This document shows positions 9,326 to 18,007 of a DNA stretch of 33,731 nt, piece after piece; position 1 is the first letter of the stretch, and each line of letters starts with the position of its first letter. The notes under the pieces are model-generated. The model was given only the letters and a program-made list of their open reading frames with translations. It did no database searches and was not told the DNA's origin. The position numbers were made by a program, and so were the translations under genes. Source of the DNA: Candidatus Woesearchaeota archaeon. GTDB lineage: Archaea > Nanobdellota > Nanobdellia > Pacearchaeales > GW2011-AR1. The DNA lies in contig CAZWEB010000003.1 of the NCBI GenBank assembly GCA_964632115.1, positions 1-33,731 of the forward strand, in the 5' to 3' direction.

Positions 9326-10696
9326 ATGGCAAAAATATTATTTATTCAGGCAAATTATGATATTGATAATCCTCAAGATTATACTCCTTGGATGCCACTT
9401 GCTTTAATTGAATTAGCCACCCTATTAAAAGAAAAAAATCACGGGGTAAAAATTCTTGATAGAAATCTTTTTTTTAATAATGCGGGATTAATAAGAATCC
9501 TGAAAAATTTTAATCCAGATATTGTTGGCATGACTTGTTATACCTCTCCTGTTATAAAAGATATAAAGCAAATTTCTAAGATAGTTAAAGAAAACTCCAA
9601 CGCTTTGGTGATAATCGGAGGAGTTCACGCAGCTCTTGAACCAAAATCTTTACTAGATTTCCCATATATTGATTATATTGTCAAAGGAGAAGGAGAATAT
9701 CCTCTTCTTGAAATATGCGAGTTAATAGATAAGAAAAAAGCAGATAAAAAAAATATTTTGAAAATAGAAAATATAAATCATAATGAAATGAGGCCTTTTA
9801 TTAATCTTACTGAGCTCCCCATAATGGACTATGATTTGATTGATGTAAAAAAATATCCTGTAGCAACTTTTTATACAAGCAGAGGATGTCCTGGCAGATG
9901 CAGATTTTGTTATAATCTTGGAAGGAAATTGCGTTTTTATGACACTGAAAAAACAATCCAAATGATTACCCAGGTTCTTGACAAATATCACATAAGAGAA
10001 TTCACAATAGCTGATGATAACTTTGCAAATCTGAGCAACAGAACTACAAAAATTTGCAATTCTCTTTCAAAGTATAATGCTATTTTTCATATTTTTTTAA
10101 GGGTAGACCAGACTTTTGATAAAGTTATGAAAAACCTGAAAAAAGCAGGTTGTTGGTCAATTCAGTTTGGTTTTGAATCAGGAAGCCAGAGAGTTTTAGA
10201 TTTTATAAACAAAGACACAACAATTCAGCAGAATATAAATGCAGTAAAGCAATGCAGAAAATATAAAATATTTGTTGACGGCAGCTTTATGCTTGGATTG
10301 CCTACAGAGACAATAAAAGAAATGAATGAAACAGTTAGTTTCATAAAAAAATACAAGCCAGATTCAGTGGATATTAAAGTTTACAAACCTTATCCCTCAA
10401 CAGAGCTTTATGAATACAGTATTGCCAATAAACTAATGGAGCGTCCTAAAACACTCGAGGAGTGGGAAAATTTCTGCGATTTAAAAGAAGGATATCCTAA
10501 TGTAAGCAAAATTCCAACACCCCTTTTATTAAAAACAGTAAACCATCTAAGCAAAACTTCTTCATCAATTTATTTTAAGAAGGCTATTTTGCTTCTTGCA
10601 AATAGGCATTTTAATTACACTTTATTTAAAACCAAACAAATTATAAAGAACAAACTTGGCTTAAAGCACGACGATCAGAAAACAAGAAATTATTAA
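9326..10696 (+). CDS. Cobalamin-binding (class B) radical SAM enzyme
   Basis: Motifs seen: ILFIQANYD, IIGGVHAA, VKGEGEYP, then SRGCPGRCRFC and FGFESGS. Confidence 0.85.
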   Translation: MAKILFIQANYDIDNPQDYTPWMPLALIELATLLKEKNHGVKILDRNLFFNNAGLIRILKNFNPDIVGMTCYTSPVIKDIKQISKIVKENSNALVIIGGVHAALEPKSLLDFPYIDYIVKGEGEYPLLEICELIDKKKADKKNILKIENINHNEMRPFINLTELPIMDYDLIDVKKYPVATFYTSRGCPGRCRFCYNLGRKLRFYDTEKTIQMITQVLDKYHIREFTIADDNFANLSNRTTKICNSLSKYNAIFHIFLRVDQTFDKVMKNLKKAGCWSIQFGFESGSQRVLDFINKDTTIQQNINAVKQCRKYKIFVDGSFMLGLPTETIKEMNETVSFIKKYKPDSVDIKVYKPYPSTELYEYSIANKLMERPKTLEEWENFCDLKEGYPNVSKIPTPLLLKTVNHLSKTSSSIYFKKAILLLANRHFNYTLFKTKQIIKNKLGLKHDDQKTRNY

Positions 10697-10813
10697 AATA
10701 ATTGCTGGTTTTATCTTTCATGTCTTTGTTAAAATAGTGGGAGACAGCATAATATTTCTTTCTATAAATTACTGCTATCTCCTGAGAATAGGACACTCCC
10801 CTCTTTCATTATC

Positions 10814-10821
10814 TTTAAAAA
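10814..10821 (+). promoter_or_regulatory. Candidate archaeal TATA box for the flippase gene
   Basis: The sequence is ATCTTTAAAAATA. The box is centred 25.5 nt upstream of ATG 10843. Confidence 0.45.
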
Positions 10822-10842
10822 TACATTTTTCTTCTTGATTTT

Positions 10843-12381
10843 ATGATTAAGAAAAATGAAAACCTGACTAAACAGGCAGTTGAAGGAAGTTTCTGGGCGG
10901 GATTTGCTACTTTCTTGAATAGATTTGCCTCTTTATTTTTTAGTATTCTCTTTGCAAGACTTTTACTGCCTGAAAATTTTGGACTTTATAGCTTGACAAT
11001 GTCTATTGCATTTATCTTTATGACTTTTGCTGATTTGGGAATCAATGAAACCCTCATAAGATTTTTTTCATTATACAAGAATAAAGAGAAATCAACAGCA
11101 TATTTCCAATATATCTTTAAAATAAAAATTTTGCTGTCTTTTTTAGTCTCTTTAATTCTTTTTTTAGGCGCTTACCCACTTTCTTTTTTTATTTTTAAAA
11201 AACCAGAATTATTCTATCCCCTAATCGTAGCTTCAATATTCATATTATCCTCGCTATTTGTTTATTTTTTCTCATCGTTTTTTTATGCTATTAAAAAAAC
11301 CAAATATATTGGAATAAATGAAATATTTTTTCAATTAGTAAGAATTATTTTAATCATTTTTGTTTTTATTTTAATTTCCTCTGAATACCATGTTATTGCA
11401 ATAATTATTGCTTCAATTTTAACTAATCTATTTGTTTTATTATTGCTACTCTCTTGGTTGAAAAAACTTGCTCCGGGAATATTTAAAAAATCAAATCAAG
11501 TAATTGACAAAAAATCCCTTCTCAAATTTTTAGGTTATGCTACCATTGCTCAAATTTCTGGAATTTTTTTCAGTTATATTGATACTTTAATGCTTGGATT
11601 TTTTGTATCTTTTAGTTATCTTGGATATTATCGCATAGCTTTTAGCTTGGTTTTTGGAGTAATAGGGCTTTTTACTTATCTTAGCGTGGTTTTAATGCCT
11701 TTTTTTACCCGTTTGGAAAACAAGAGATTAAAAAGAGCCTTTAATAAATCAGTTAGATTTATTCTTATCTTTTCAATCCCTTCTGCATTTGGAATACTCG
11801 CTCTTGGAAGGTATTTCATAAGATTGCTCTATGGATATGAATATCTTCAGGCGCAATATCCATTTTATGTATTATCTTTTTTATTAATTCTCTGGATTCC
11901 AACAACTTTATTAATGACTTTATTTTTCTCGAAAGGAAAAATAAAAGAAATCCTTAAAATTAAAGTTTTTGCCTTAGTTTTAAATGTACTCCTGAATTTT
12001 GTTTTAATCTATTCTTTGATGTCCATTTCAGAGCTATGGGCTGTAGTCGGAGCCTCAATTGCAACACTCTTATCTTGGGTTTTTATATTTGTCAGCATGA
12101 TTATTATTTCAAGAAAAAAATTAAACATATCCTTAGAAAAAATCATTTTTGTAAAACCAATTATCTCAGGAATAATTATGTTTTTATCATTATACTTCTT
12201 AAATAGATTTCTAATTAGGGATATGACTCTTGTTTTAGGAGTATTGGAGATAATAGTCGGAGCATTAATCTATCTGATTTTAATGTATTTGATTAAAGGA
12301 ATTACGAGGGAGGATATGGAAACCCTAAAGAAACTTCCAGTATTTACTAAAATTCAGAGATTTAAAGAACTTAAATCCTAA
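10843..12381 (+). CDS. Wzx/MOP-superfamily oligosaccharide (polysaccharide) flippase
   Basis: The protein has 512 aa and about 12-14 TM helices. The N-terminus is typical of polysaccharide-biosynthesis flippases (GSFWAGFATFLNRFASLFFSILFARLL). It lies in a glycan cluster. Confidence 0.75.
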   Translation: MIKKNENLTKQAVEGSFWAGFATFLNRFASLFFSILFARLLLPENFGLYSLTMSIAFIFMTFADLGINETLIRFFSLYKNKEKSTAYFQYIFKIKILLSFLVSLILFLGAYPLSFFIFKKPELFYPLIVASIFILSSLFVYFFSSFFYAIKKTKYIGINEIFFQLVRIILIIFVFILISSEYHVIAIIIASILTNLFVLLLLLSWLKKLAPGIFKKSNQVIDKKSLLKFLGYATIAQISGIFFSYIDTLMLGFFVSFSYLGYYRIAFSLVFGVIGLFTYLSVVLMPFFTRLENKRLKRAFNKSVRFILIFSIPSAFGILALGRYFIRLLYGYEYLQAQYPFYVLSFLLILWIPTTLLMTLFFSKGKIKEILKIKVFALVLNVLLNFVLIYSLMSISELWAVVGASIATLLSWVFIFVSMIIISRKKLNISLEKIIFVKPIISGIIMFLSLYFLNRFLIRDMTLVLGVLEIIVGALIYLILMYLIKGITREDMETLKKLPVFTKIQRFKELKS

Positions 12382-13807
12382 AAACCCTTTTTATAAACTG
12401 CTTGCGCAAATTATATGCTTTTTTCAAAAATAAGGGGCTCAAAAGAAGAGGAACATGCCTTAATCTTAATGAGAGAAGATTAATTAAAAAGTTGCTTTTA
12501 TTAGTACTAAGTTGAAGAGATTTTATATCTCCATATATTTTTTTAAATTCTTTTTTTGAAATATCTCTTGACAGTAGGATATTTGCATCAAAATCAACTA
12601 AATCTTTTTCCTTTCGGTTGTAGTAGTCCTTATCAATTATCTTATTTTCAATTGCATAATTCCATATTGCTGTCCCTGGAAATGCAATTGTCTGGTAAAC
12701 ACTGAAATTTCTCAATGAGTTGTTTTTAATAAAATCATAAGTCTCTTTCATATCTTTGGCTGTTTCATAAGGAGAACCCACCATGAAAAAACCACCCACA
12801 TCAAATCCATATTTTCTTGCAATATCTAATGCTTTTTTATTATCTTTAACACTTATGATTCCACCCTTGAGATAATTTAAAACTTTCTGGCTTCCTGTTT
12901 CAAATCCAAATGTAATTGAAACAACATTTAATTTTTTTAATAATTGAGCATGTTCTTCATCAAAAACATCTGCCCTGCCGTATACATAGAATTTGATTTT
13001 TCCAAGAAGATTTCTTTGTTTGAGAAGTTTTGTTATTTCCCTGAGCCTCTCTTTATTAATTGGAAATAAATCATCATAAATTATTATGCTTCTGTATTTG
13101 TACTTTTTGTATAGAGTTTCAATTTCATTAGCAACTCTTTTAGCAGAAAAAAATCTTATTCTTCTGCCCCAAAAAGCACTTGAAGAGCAAAACTTGCAGT
13201 TATATGGACACCCTCTGGATGTTATCATAGAACCAGAAGGTTCAAAGCCATCTTTTGAAAGAAAACTTGGAAATCTATAATATTTCATATTTAACAAATC
13301 CCGTGCAGGCATTGGAATTTCATCAAGATTATCTATGCATTCTCCAGAACCAGTGCAAATCGATTCCTTATTCTCTCTGAAGATTATGCCTTTTATTTTT
13401 TTCAACTCTTTTGTTTTTATGCCTTTATTTTGTTTAATGCTCTCCAGAACTCTTGAAAAAGGAATTTCACCCTCTCCAGTTACTGCGATATCAAATACAG
13501 AATCGTTAAATGACTCAGGAGATGTTGTTACATGAACCCCTCCAATAATAAGTGTAGAATCAGGAGAGATTTTTTTTAATTTTTTTGCAATTTCCTTGAC
13601 AATATAGTAATTTGAACTTACTGCTGTCAGCCCAATAACCTCTGGTTTCAGCTCTTTTATTTTTTTTATAGTATCTGAATAGCTTAGTTGGTCAAATATT
13701 CTTACATTCCAGTCTGTTTTTTTCTTGATATAAGCAGCAAGATATGCTAGCCCTATTGGGGGATCAGCATCACTCATATAATCGGGATTAATTAATACTA
13801 AATTCAT
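12371..13807 (-). CDS. Cobalamin-binding (class B) radical SAM enzyme
   Basis: Motifs seen: MNLVLINPDY, IIGGVHVT, VTGEGEIP, SRGCPYNCKFC, FGFETGS. ATG 13807 is preferred over 13861 because it gives a typical N-terminus, avoids overlapping the upstream gene and has a TATA-like box 24.5 nt upstream. Start 13861 remains possible. Confidence 0.85.
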   Translation of the reverse strand: MNLVLINPDYMSDADPPIGLAYLAAYIKKKTDWNVRIFDQLSYSDTIKKIKELKPEVIGLTAVSSNYYIVKEIAKKLKKISPDSTLIIGGVHVTTSPESFNDSVFDIAVTGEGEIPFSRVLESIKQNKGIKTKELKKIKGIIFRENKESICTGSGECIDNLDEIPMPARDLLNMKYYRFPSFLSKDGFEPSGSMITSRGCPYNCKFCSSSAFWGRRIRFFSAKRVANEIETLYKKYKYRSIIIYDDLFPINKERLREITKLLKQRNLLGKIKFYVYGRADVFDEEHAQLLKKLNVVSITFGFETGSQKVLNYLKGGIISVKDNKKALDIARKYGFDVGGFFMVGSPYETAKDMKETYDFIKNNSLRNFSVYQTIAFPGTAIWNYAIENKIIDKDYYNRKEKDLVDFDANILLSRDISKKEFKKIYGDIKSLQLSTNKSNFLINLLSLRLRHVPLLLSPLFLKKAYNLRKQFIKRVFRI

Positions 13808-13827
13808 ATAAGTCTTTAAAATTAGAG

Positions 13828-13835
13828 ATTTATAA
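13828..13835 (-). promoter_or_regulatory. Candidate internal TATA box for the class B radical SAM gene starting at 13807
   Basis: The minus strand reads CCTTATAAATC. The box is centred 24.5 nt upstream of ATG 13807. Confidence 0.35.
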
Positions 13836-13847
13836 GGATTGTTAAGA

Positions 13848-14603
13848 TTAAGTAGATACATTCCCTATCTTATTATAAATAATTAGAAAATTTCTGACAA
13901 AAGCTATGAAACTAACAATTGTCATTAATATAAGATAATATCCAGGAACATTAAAAACAATGGCAAAAAACAGCAATGAAAAAGGATTAGCTGGCCTGAG
14001 CATCTCAATACAATAAGATTTCATTTTTTGAATAAAACTTTTCTTTGAGCTTTTATATCCTTTGATTCTGTATTCACCTGTTACTTGTTTTAATAAATCC
14101 AATCTTTTCTTTTCCTCTAAAGCCTCATAAAGTTTAAGCTTATTTAAATTATCAAAAATCAAAAAAAGACCTGAGACAATTCCCAAATAAAGATATATTA
14201 TGCTTCCTGAAACTCTATAAACCCCAACCCCTAATGCTAAAACTAAAAGTCCGCGGTTAACAGAGGAAAAAAGATTATCGAGATAAGGCCCTCCTAATGT
14301 TGTTTTTCCTGTCGCTCTTGCTATTTCTCCATCAAGATAATCTAGGAAAATAGCAAAATGATAAATTAAAATCCCCAATAATAAATACCAGTAACTTCCA
14401 ATAGTCATAATTAAAATACCAATTAATCCAATAATTCCCCACGCGAAGGTAATCTGGTTTGGAGTAATAAAAGGCAGAAATTTTGTAAAGAAATATGAAA
14501 CATAAGGAGAAACATATCCAAAGATTCTAATATTAACTGGGTGATCGTTCCAGACATCACAGTTTTTCTTTATGTCTTTTAATGTTATCTCTTTTTTCTT
14601 CAT
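13848..14603 (-). CDS. CDP-alcohol phosphatidyltransferase-family transferase (integral membrane)
   Basis: The family signature is DYLDGEIARATGKTTLGGPYLDNLFS, matching DxxDGxxARx8GxxxDxxx. By eye the final Asp is replaced by Ser. The protein is multi-TM. Confidence 0.8.
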   Translation of the reverse strand: MKKKEITLKDIKKNCDVWNDHPVNIRIFGYVSPYVSYFFTKFLPFITPNQITFAWGIIGLIGILIMTIGSYWYLLLGILIYHFAIFLDYLDGEIARATGKTTLGGPYLDNLFSSVNRGLLVLALGVGVYRVSGSIIYLYLGIVSGLFLIFDNLNKLKLYEALEEKKRLDLLKQVTGEYRIKGYKSSKKSFIQKMKSYCIEMLRPANPFSLLFFAIVFNVPGYYLILMTIVSFIAFVRNFLIIYNKIGNVST

Positions 14604-14624
14604 TTTAATTCATCGCAAAAACAG

Positions 14625-14632
14625 TTTATAAA
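14625..14632 (-). promoter_or_regulatory. Candidate internal TATA box for the CDP-alcohol transferase gene
   Basis: TTTATAAA is centred 25.5 nt upstream of ATG 14603. It sits in the 40-nt gap after the preceding stop. Confidence 0.35.
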
Positions 14633-14643
14633 TTTAAGGATAT

Positions 14644-16131
14644 TTACATATATTTTTCTTTATATATCTGGCTAAGTTTCTCAAAAACATTGTTTCCTTG
14701 TTTATCAAATTTCTCTGCTTTTTCTATTTCTGTCCACATTTCTTTTGGAAATTTTACATATAATGGGAATGTTCTTTGCAAACCCTTAACTTGTTCTCTG
14801 CTTAATTGAGGCATATCTAAACCAGCATCAGAACGATAATCTCCTGCAATAAAATCTTCAGGTAAATATCCTTTTTCAACACAAAGTTCTCTTAATCTTG
14901 TTCCACGATATGCGCAAAAAATATTTACTATTACATTGTGTGCTTTTAATCTCCTGTTAAGGTTTATAGTATCAAAGACAAGCTCTCTTGTTTCAGTTGG
15001 AAACCCCATGATATTATTTGCACAAACCCTTATTCCAGCCTTTTTTGCTAAGTCAAATGCCTCAGTTACTTTTTCATTAGAGACATAGCGATTAAGAATG
15101 TCTTTTCTAAATTCATCATTTCCATGTTCAACCCCAATACTAATCCCTTCACAGCCAATTTCTTTTATCTTGAGAATTCTTTCTAAATTTACAGTTTCAG
15201 GTCTTGTTTCAATCCAAAAAGGAAGCTTAATATCTTTATATTGTTCAACAAATTTATCAAATCTTTCTCTGTTCATCTGTAGAAAATTCTCAGCAACAAG
15301 ATAGAGATATTGCAAGCCATATTTTTCTTTTTTCTCTTTTAATTCATTTATAAAATTTTCAATGCTCCTTTGCCGAGGGTATTTTCCAATATCTTTATAT
15401 TTTGCTTGCAATTCATCATTACAGCAAAAAGCACAATGAAAAGGGCACCCCCTGTCTAATTCTATTGGTCCACTAATCCATATTTTTCCACCCATTGGTT
15501 TAAAAAAACGCTCTTTTTCGTAAATGCTCCAATCTTGATCAGGAAGTTCATCTAAGTTTACAAGAGGTCTCAATGGATTTTTTATTATTTTCCCACTTTT
15601 TTTAATCCATAAATTTCTAACATCTGAATATTCTTTTCCAGAGCCTATTCTGTCTGCAAGTTCAACAATTGCTTCTTCTCCTTCACCTATGCAAATCATA
15701 TCAAGATTAGGATTTTTAATTATTTCTTTACCAGCCATTGTTGCATGAATGCCTCCAACTATTTTTGGGATTCTTAAATCCTTTATTTCTTTCAATAAAT
15801 CTAAGGTTATATGATATGTTGATTCAACTGCAGAAAAACCAATAATTTCTGGATTAAACTCCCTGATCGCTCTTTTAAAATCTTCTGCCATATTGGTATT
15901 TTTTTTATGTATCCCAAATTTTGAAAGATCAGTTGGTAATACTTGCAATGTTTCAACTCTTGCTTCATCTCCTGTTTTTTCACTTGTTTTATAGAATGTA
16001 GTGTCAAATAATTTTGTTTTATGTCCTGCTTTTTTTAGACAAGCAGAAAGAACCGATACACCAATAGGAATAAGATTATCCATGTAACTATTTATATAAG
16101 TTAGCAATACTTTAGTCATTTTAATAAACAT
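14644..16131 (-). CDS. Cobalamin-binding (class B) radical SAM enzyme (divergent subtype)
   Basis: Motifs seen: KVLLTYIN, IVGGIHAT, CIGEGEEA, DRGCPFHCAFC, IGVEHGN. An alternative ATG at 16119 (MTKVLL) would remove the 11-nt overlap with the upstream NTase gene. Confidence 0.85.
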   Translation of the reverse strand: MFIKMTKVLLTYINSYMDNLIPIGVSVLSACLKKAGHKTKLFDTTFYKTSEKTGDEARVETLQVLPTDLSKFGIHKKNTNMAEDFKRAIREFNPEIIGFSAVESTYHITLDLLKEIKDLRIPKIVGGIHATMAGKEIIKNPNLDMICIGEGEEAIVELADRIGSGKEYSDVRNLWIKKSGKIIKNPLRPLVNLDELPDQDWSIYEKERFFKPMGGKIWISGPIELDRGCPFHCAFCCNDELQAKYKDIGKYPRQRSIENFINELKEKKEKYGLQYLYLVAENFLQMNRERFDKFVEQYKDIKLPFWIETRPETVNLERILKIKEIGCEGISIGVEHGNDEFRKDILNRYVSNEKVTEAFDLAKKAGIRVCANNIMGFPTETRELVFDTINLNRRLKAHNVIVNIFCAYRGTRLRELCVEKGYLPEDFIAGDYRSDAGLDMPQLSREQVKGLQRTFPLYVKFPKEMWTEIEKAEKFDKQGNNVFEKLSQIYKEKYM

Positions 16132-16846
16132 ATCCCATGCTTTTTAAGGTTTTATTTATTCTAGGGATATCTTCTTTTTTATCTAGTTCTGACCAGGCTA
16201 GATTCATTCTGATTAATCCAAACCAAGGAACATTTTTGCTTGTAGAATAAGCGCAATCTTCATAATATTCAGCATTATTCTGTTTTTTAATATTTTTTTC
16301 ATGCAGACAAAACATTTCATCAACAAATCTTTTGGAAAATTTAGATATCCCTGTAAATTCAAAAATTGTTTTGTTGCTAGGAAGAGATTTTCCTAGATAT
16401 CTAACTTTTTTATTTTTATCTAAAACCACATAAACTTCATCTCCCCCACCACAGCATTCTGTTAAAACAACAGCATTTTCTTTATCATGCTTGATTAATT
16501 CAGGAATTATTTGGGAATCATAAACTATATCTCCATCCAAAACAATACAATCCTCTGGTTTCTGCAGTGCCGAATAGAAAGAATGCATGCTTCCAGAAGT
16601 TTCATAGGAATTATTCCATAAATAATTTATTCTTAATTTTTTAAACTTTTTTCCTAATTTCCTTTTTATTTTTTCTCCTCTGAAACCCAAAACTACAGAA
16701 ACCTCACTAAGTTCAGTTTTAGCTAAAGATTCAAGAGAATACTCGATAATACTTTTCCCCCCTATTTCAAATAGAGGTTTTGGTTTTCCATTTAAAACAT
16801 CTTCTAATCTTTTTCCCATTCCAGCTGCAAGAATCACTGCCCTCAT
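16121..16846 (-). CDS. Nucleotidyltransferase (LicC/PntC-like sugar-phosphate or phosphonate cytidylyltransferase)
   Basis: The N-terminal NTP-transferase signature is MRAVILAAGMGKRL. The protein is about 240 aa. It lies immediately downstream of the AEP transaminase gene. ATG 16846 is preferred over TTG 16852. Confidence 0.75.
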   Translation of the reverse strand: MRAVILAAGMGKRLEDVLNGKPKPLFEIGGKSIIEYSLESLAKTELSEVSVVLGFRGEKIKRKLGKKFKKLRINYLWNNSYETSGSMHSFYSALQKPEDCIVLDGDIVYDSQIIPELIKHDKENAVVLTECCGGGDEVYVVLDKNKKVRYLGKSLPSNKTIFEFTGISKFSKRFVDEMFCLHEKNIKKQNNAEYYEDCAYSTSKNVPWFGLIRMNLAWSELDKKEDIPRINKTLKSMGYVY

Positions 16847-16848
16847 TT

Positions 16849-17955
16849 TCAAATAGTTATTAAATCCATTTCCTTGAGAGTTATTTTCATAGATTCTAAA
16901 AAGTTATTAATATCTTTGGAGTCTATTGCTCCTATGTTAGCCAGCCTGAATGTTTTTTCCTGTATTTTTCCAGGATAAATTGTAAATCCTTTTTCTTTTA
17001 ATAAGTTATGTAATTTTTCAAATGAATAATTTGAATGCTCTGGTTCATAAAATGTTGTTAAAAGATGGCTCTGCGGAACTTCTGGTTTATACCGTTTAAA
17101 TCCAAAACTTTCCATTCCATTAACAAGAATCCTCCAGATTTCCCTATACCTTTGGTTCCTTGCCCCTATTCCTCCTTCTTCAAAAAATTCATCAATTGCT
17201 TTTCTTAATGCATAAATTGTCTGAACAGGGGGAGTAAATCTCATCTGATTATGTTCTTTTAAGTAAATATACTGGTTGTATAAATTTAAATAAAAACTCT
17301 TTCCATAATCTTTTGTTTTTTCTAATTCTTCTTTTTTTGCTATAACAAAAGCAACCCCCGGCATTCCTTGTATGCATTTGTTGCTTGTTGAAACCATAAA
17401 ATCAATATTATTTCTTTTAATATCTAATGGTATTCCTGCAAAACTAGATACTGCATCAACAACAAAAACCTTTCTATATTTTTTTGAGATTTTTCCTATC
17501 TCTAAAATAGGATTTAAAATTCCAGTTGTTGTTTCATGATGAATTGCACTTACAACTTCAATTTCAGAATCTTCTCGCAATTTTTTTTCTAGTTTTTTTA
17601 AATCAGGGACATCCCCCCATTCTTCTTTCTGCTCAGAATAAGAAATCCCATAGGTTTTTGCTATATTGACTATTCTCTCCCCATAAGCGCCATTATTAAC
17701 AACTAATAATTTTTTTTGTGTAGGAACAACAGAACTTATCACTGCTTCAATTCCTGCAGTTCCGCTTCCCCCAAATAACACGCAATCATAATTCTCATTT
17801 CCATTTACAATTTTTATTAGGTCTTTGGAAATAGAATCCATCAATTCTCCAAACTCTTTTTCTCTGGGGCATATATCTGGAACTACTTGGGCCATTTTTA
17901 CAGAATCTGTGGTAGTTGCAGGACCCGGATTCAACAAAATTTCCCTTTTTATCAT
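16849..17955 (-). CDS. phnW: 2-aminoethylphosphonate:pyruvate aminotransferase (class V aminotransferase)
   Basis: The N-terminus LLNPGPATTTDSV and the PLP-lysine segment STSNKCIQGMPG are both typical of AEP transaminases. The length is 368 aa. It is divergently paired with phosphonopyruvate decarboxylase. Confidence 0.8.
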   Translation of the reverse strand: MIKREILLNPGPATTTDSVKMAQVVPDICPREKEFGELMDSISKDLIKIVNGNENYDCVLFGGSGTAGIEAVISSVVPTQKKLLVVNNGAYGERIVNIAKTYGISYSEQKEEWGDVPDLKKLEKKLREDSEIEVVSAIHHETTTGILNPILEIGKISKKYRKVFVVDAVSSFAGIPLDIKRNNIDFMVSTSNKCIQGMPGVAFVIAKKEELEKTKDYGKSFYLNLYNQYIYLKEHNQMRFTPPVQTIYALRKAIDEFFEEGGIGARNQRYREIWRILVNGMESFGFKRYKPEVPQSHLLTTFYEPEHSNYSFEKLHNLLKEKGFTIYPGKIQEKTFRLANIGAIDSKDINNFLESMKITLKEMDLITI

Positions 17956-17966
17956 TATTGTACTAG

Positions 17967-17986
17967 ATTATAAAAAAGCTTAAAAA
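17967..17986. promoter_or_regulatory. A/T tract around an AAGCTT palindrome, a candidate shared or bidirectional TATA region for phnW (-) and ppd (+)
   Basis: The sequence is TTATAAAAAAGCTTAAAAAC. CTTAAAAA is centred 25.5 nt from ppd ATG 18008. The same tract read on the minus strand (TTTTTAAG) is centred 27.5 nt from phnW ATG 17955. The whole spacer is only 52 bp. Confidence 0.4.
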
Positions 17987-18007
17987 CATATTGGTGATAT
18001 AAAGCAT

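Noticed and set aside
10740-10782. An imperfect inverted repeat, GGAGACAGCA ... TGCTATCTCC (9 of 10 bp, 23-nt spacer), lies between the 9326 rSAM gene and the flippase gene. I considered it as a terminator or operator.
   Set aside because: The stem has one mismatch and the loop is long. There is no following T-tract typical of archaeal termination, and no second copy elsewhere in the window. The evidence is insufficient to call a feature.
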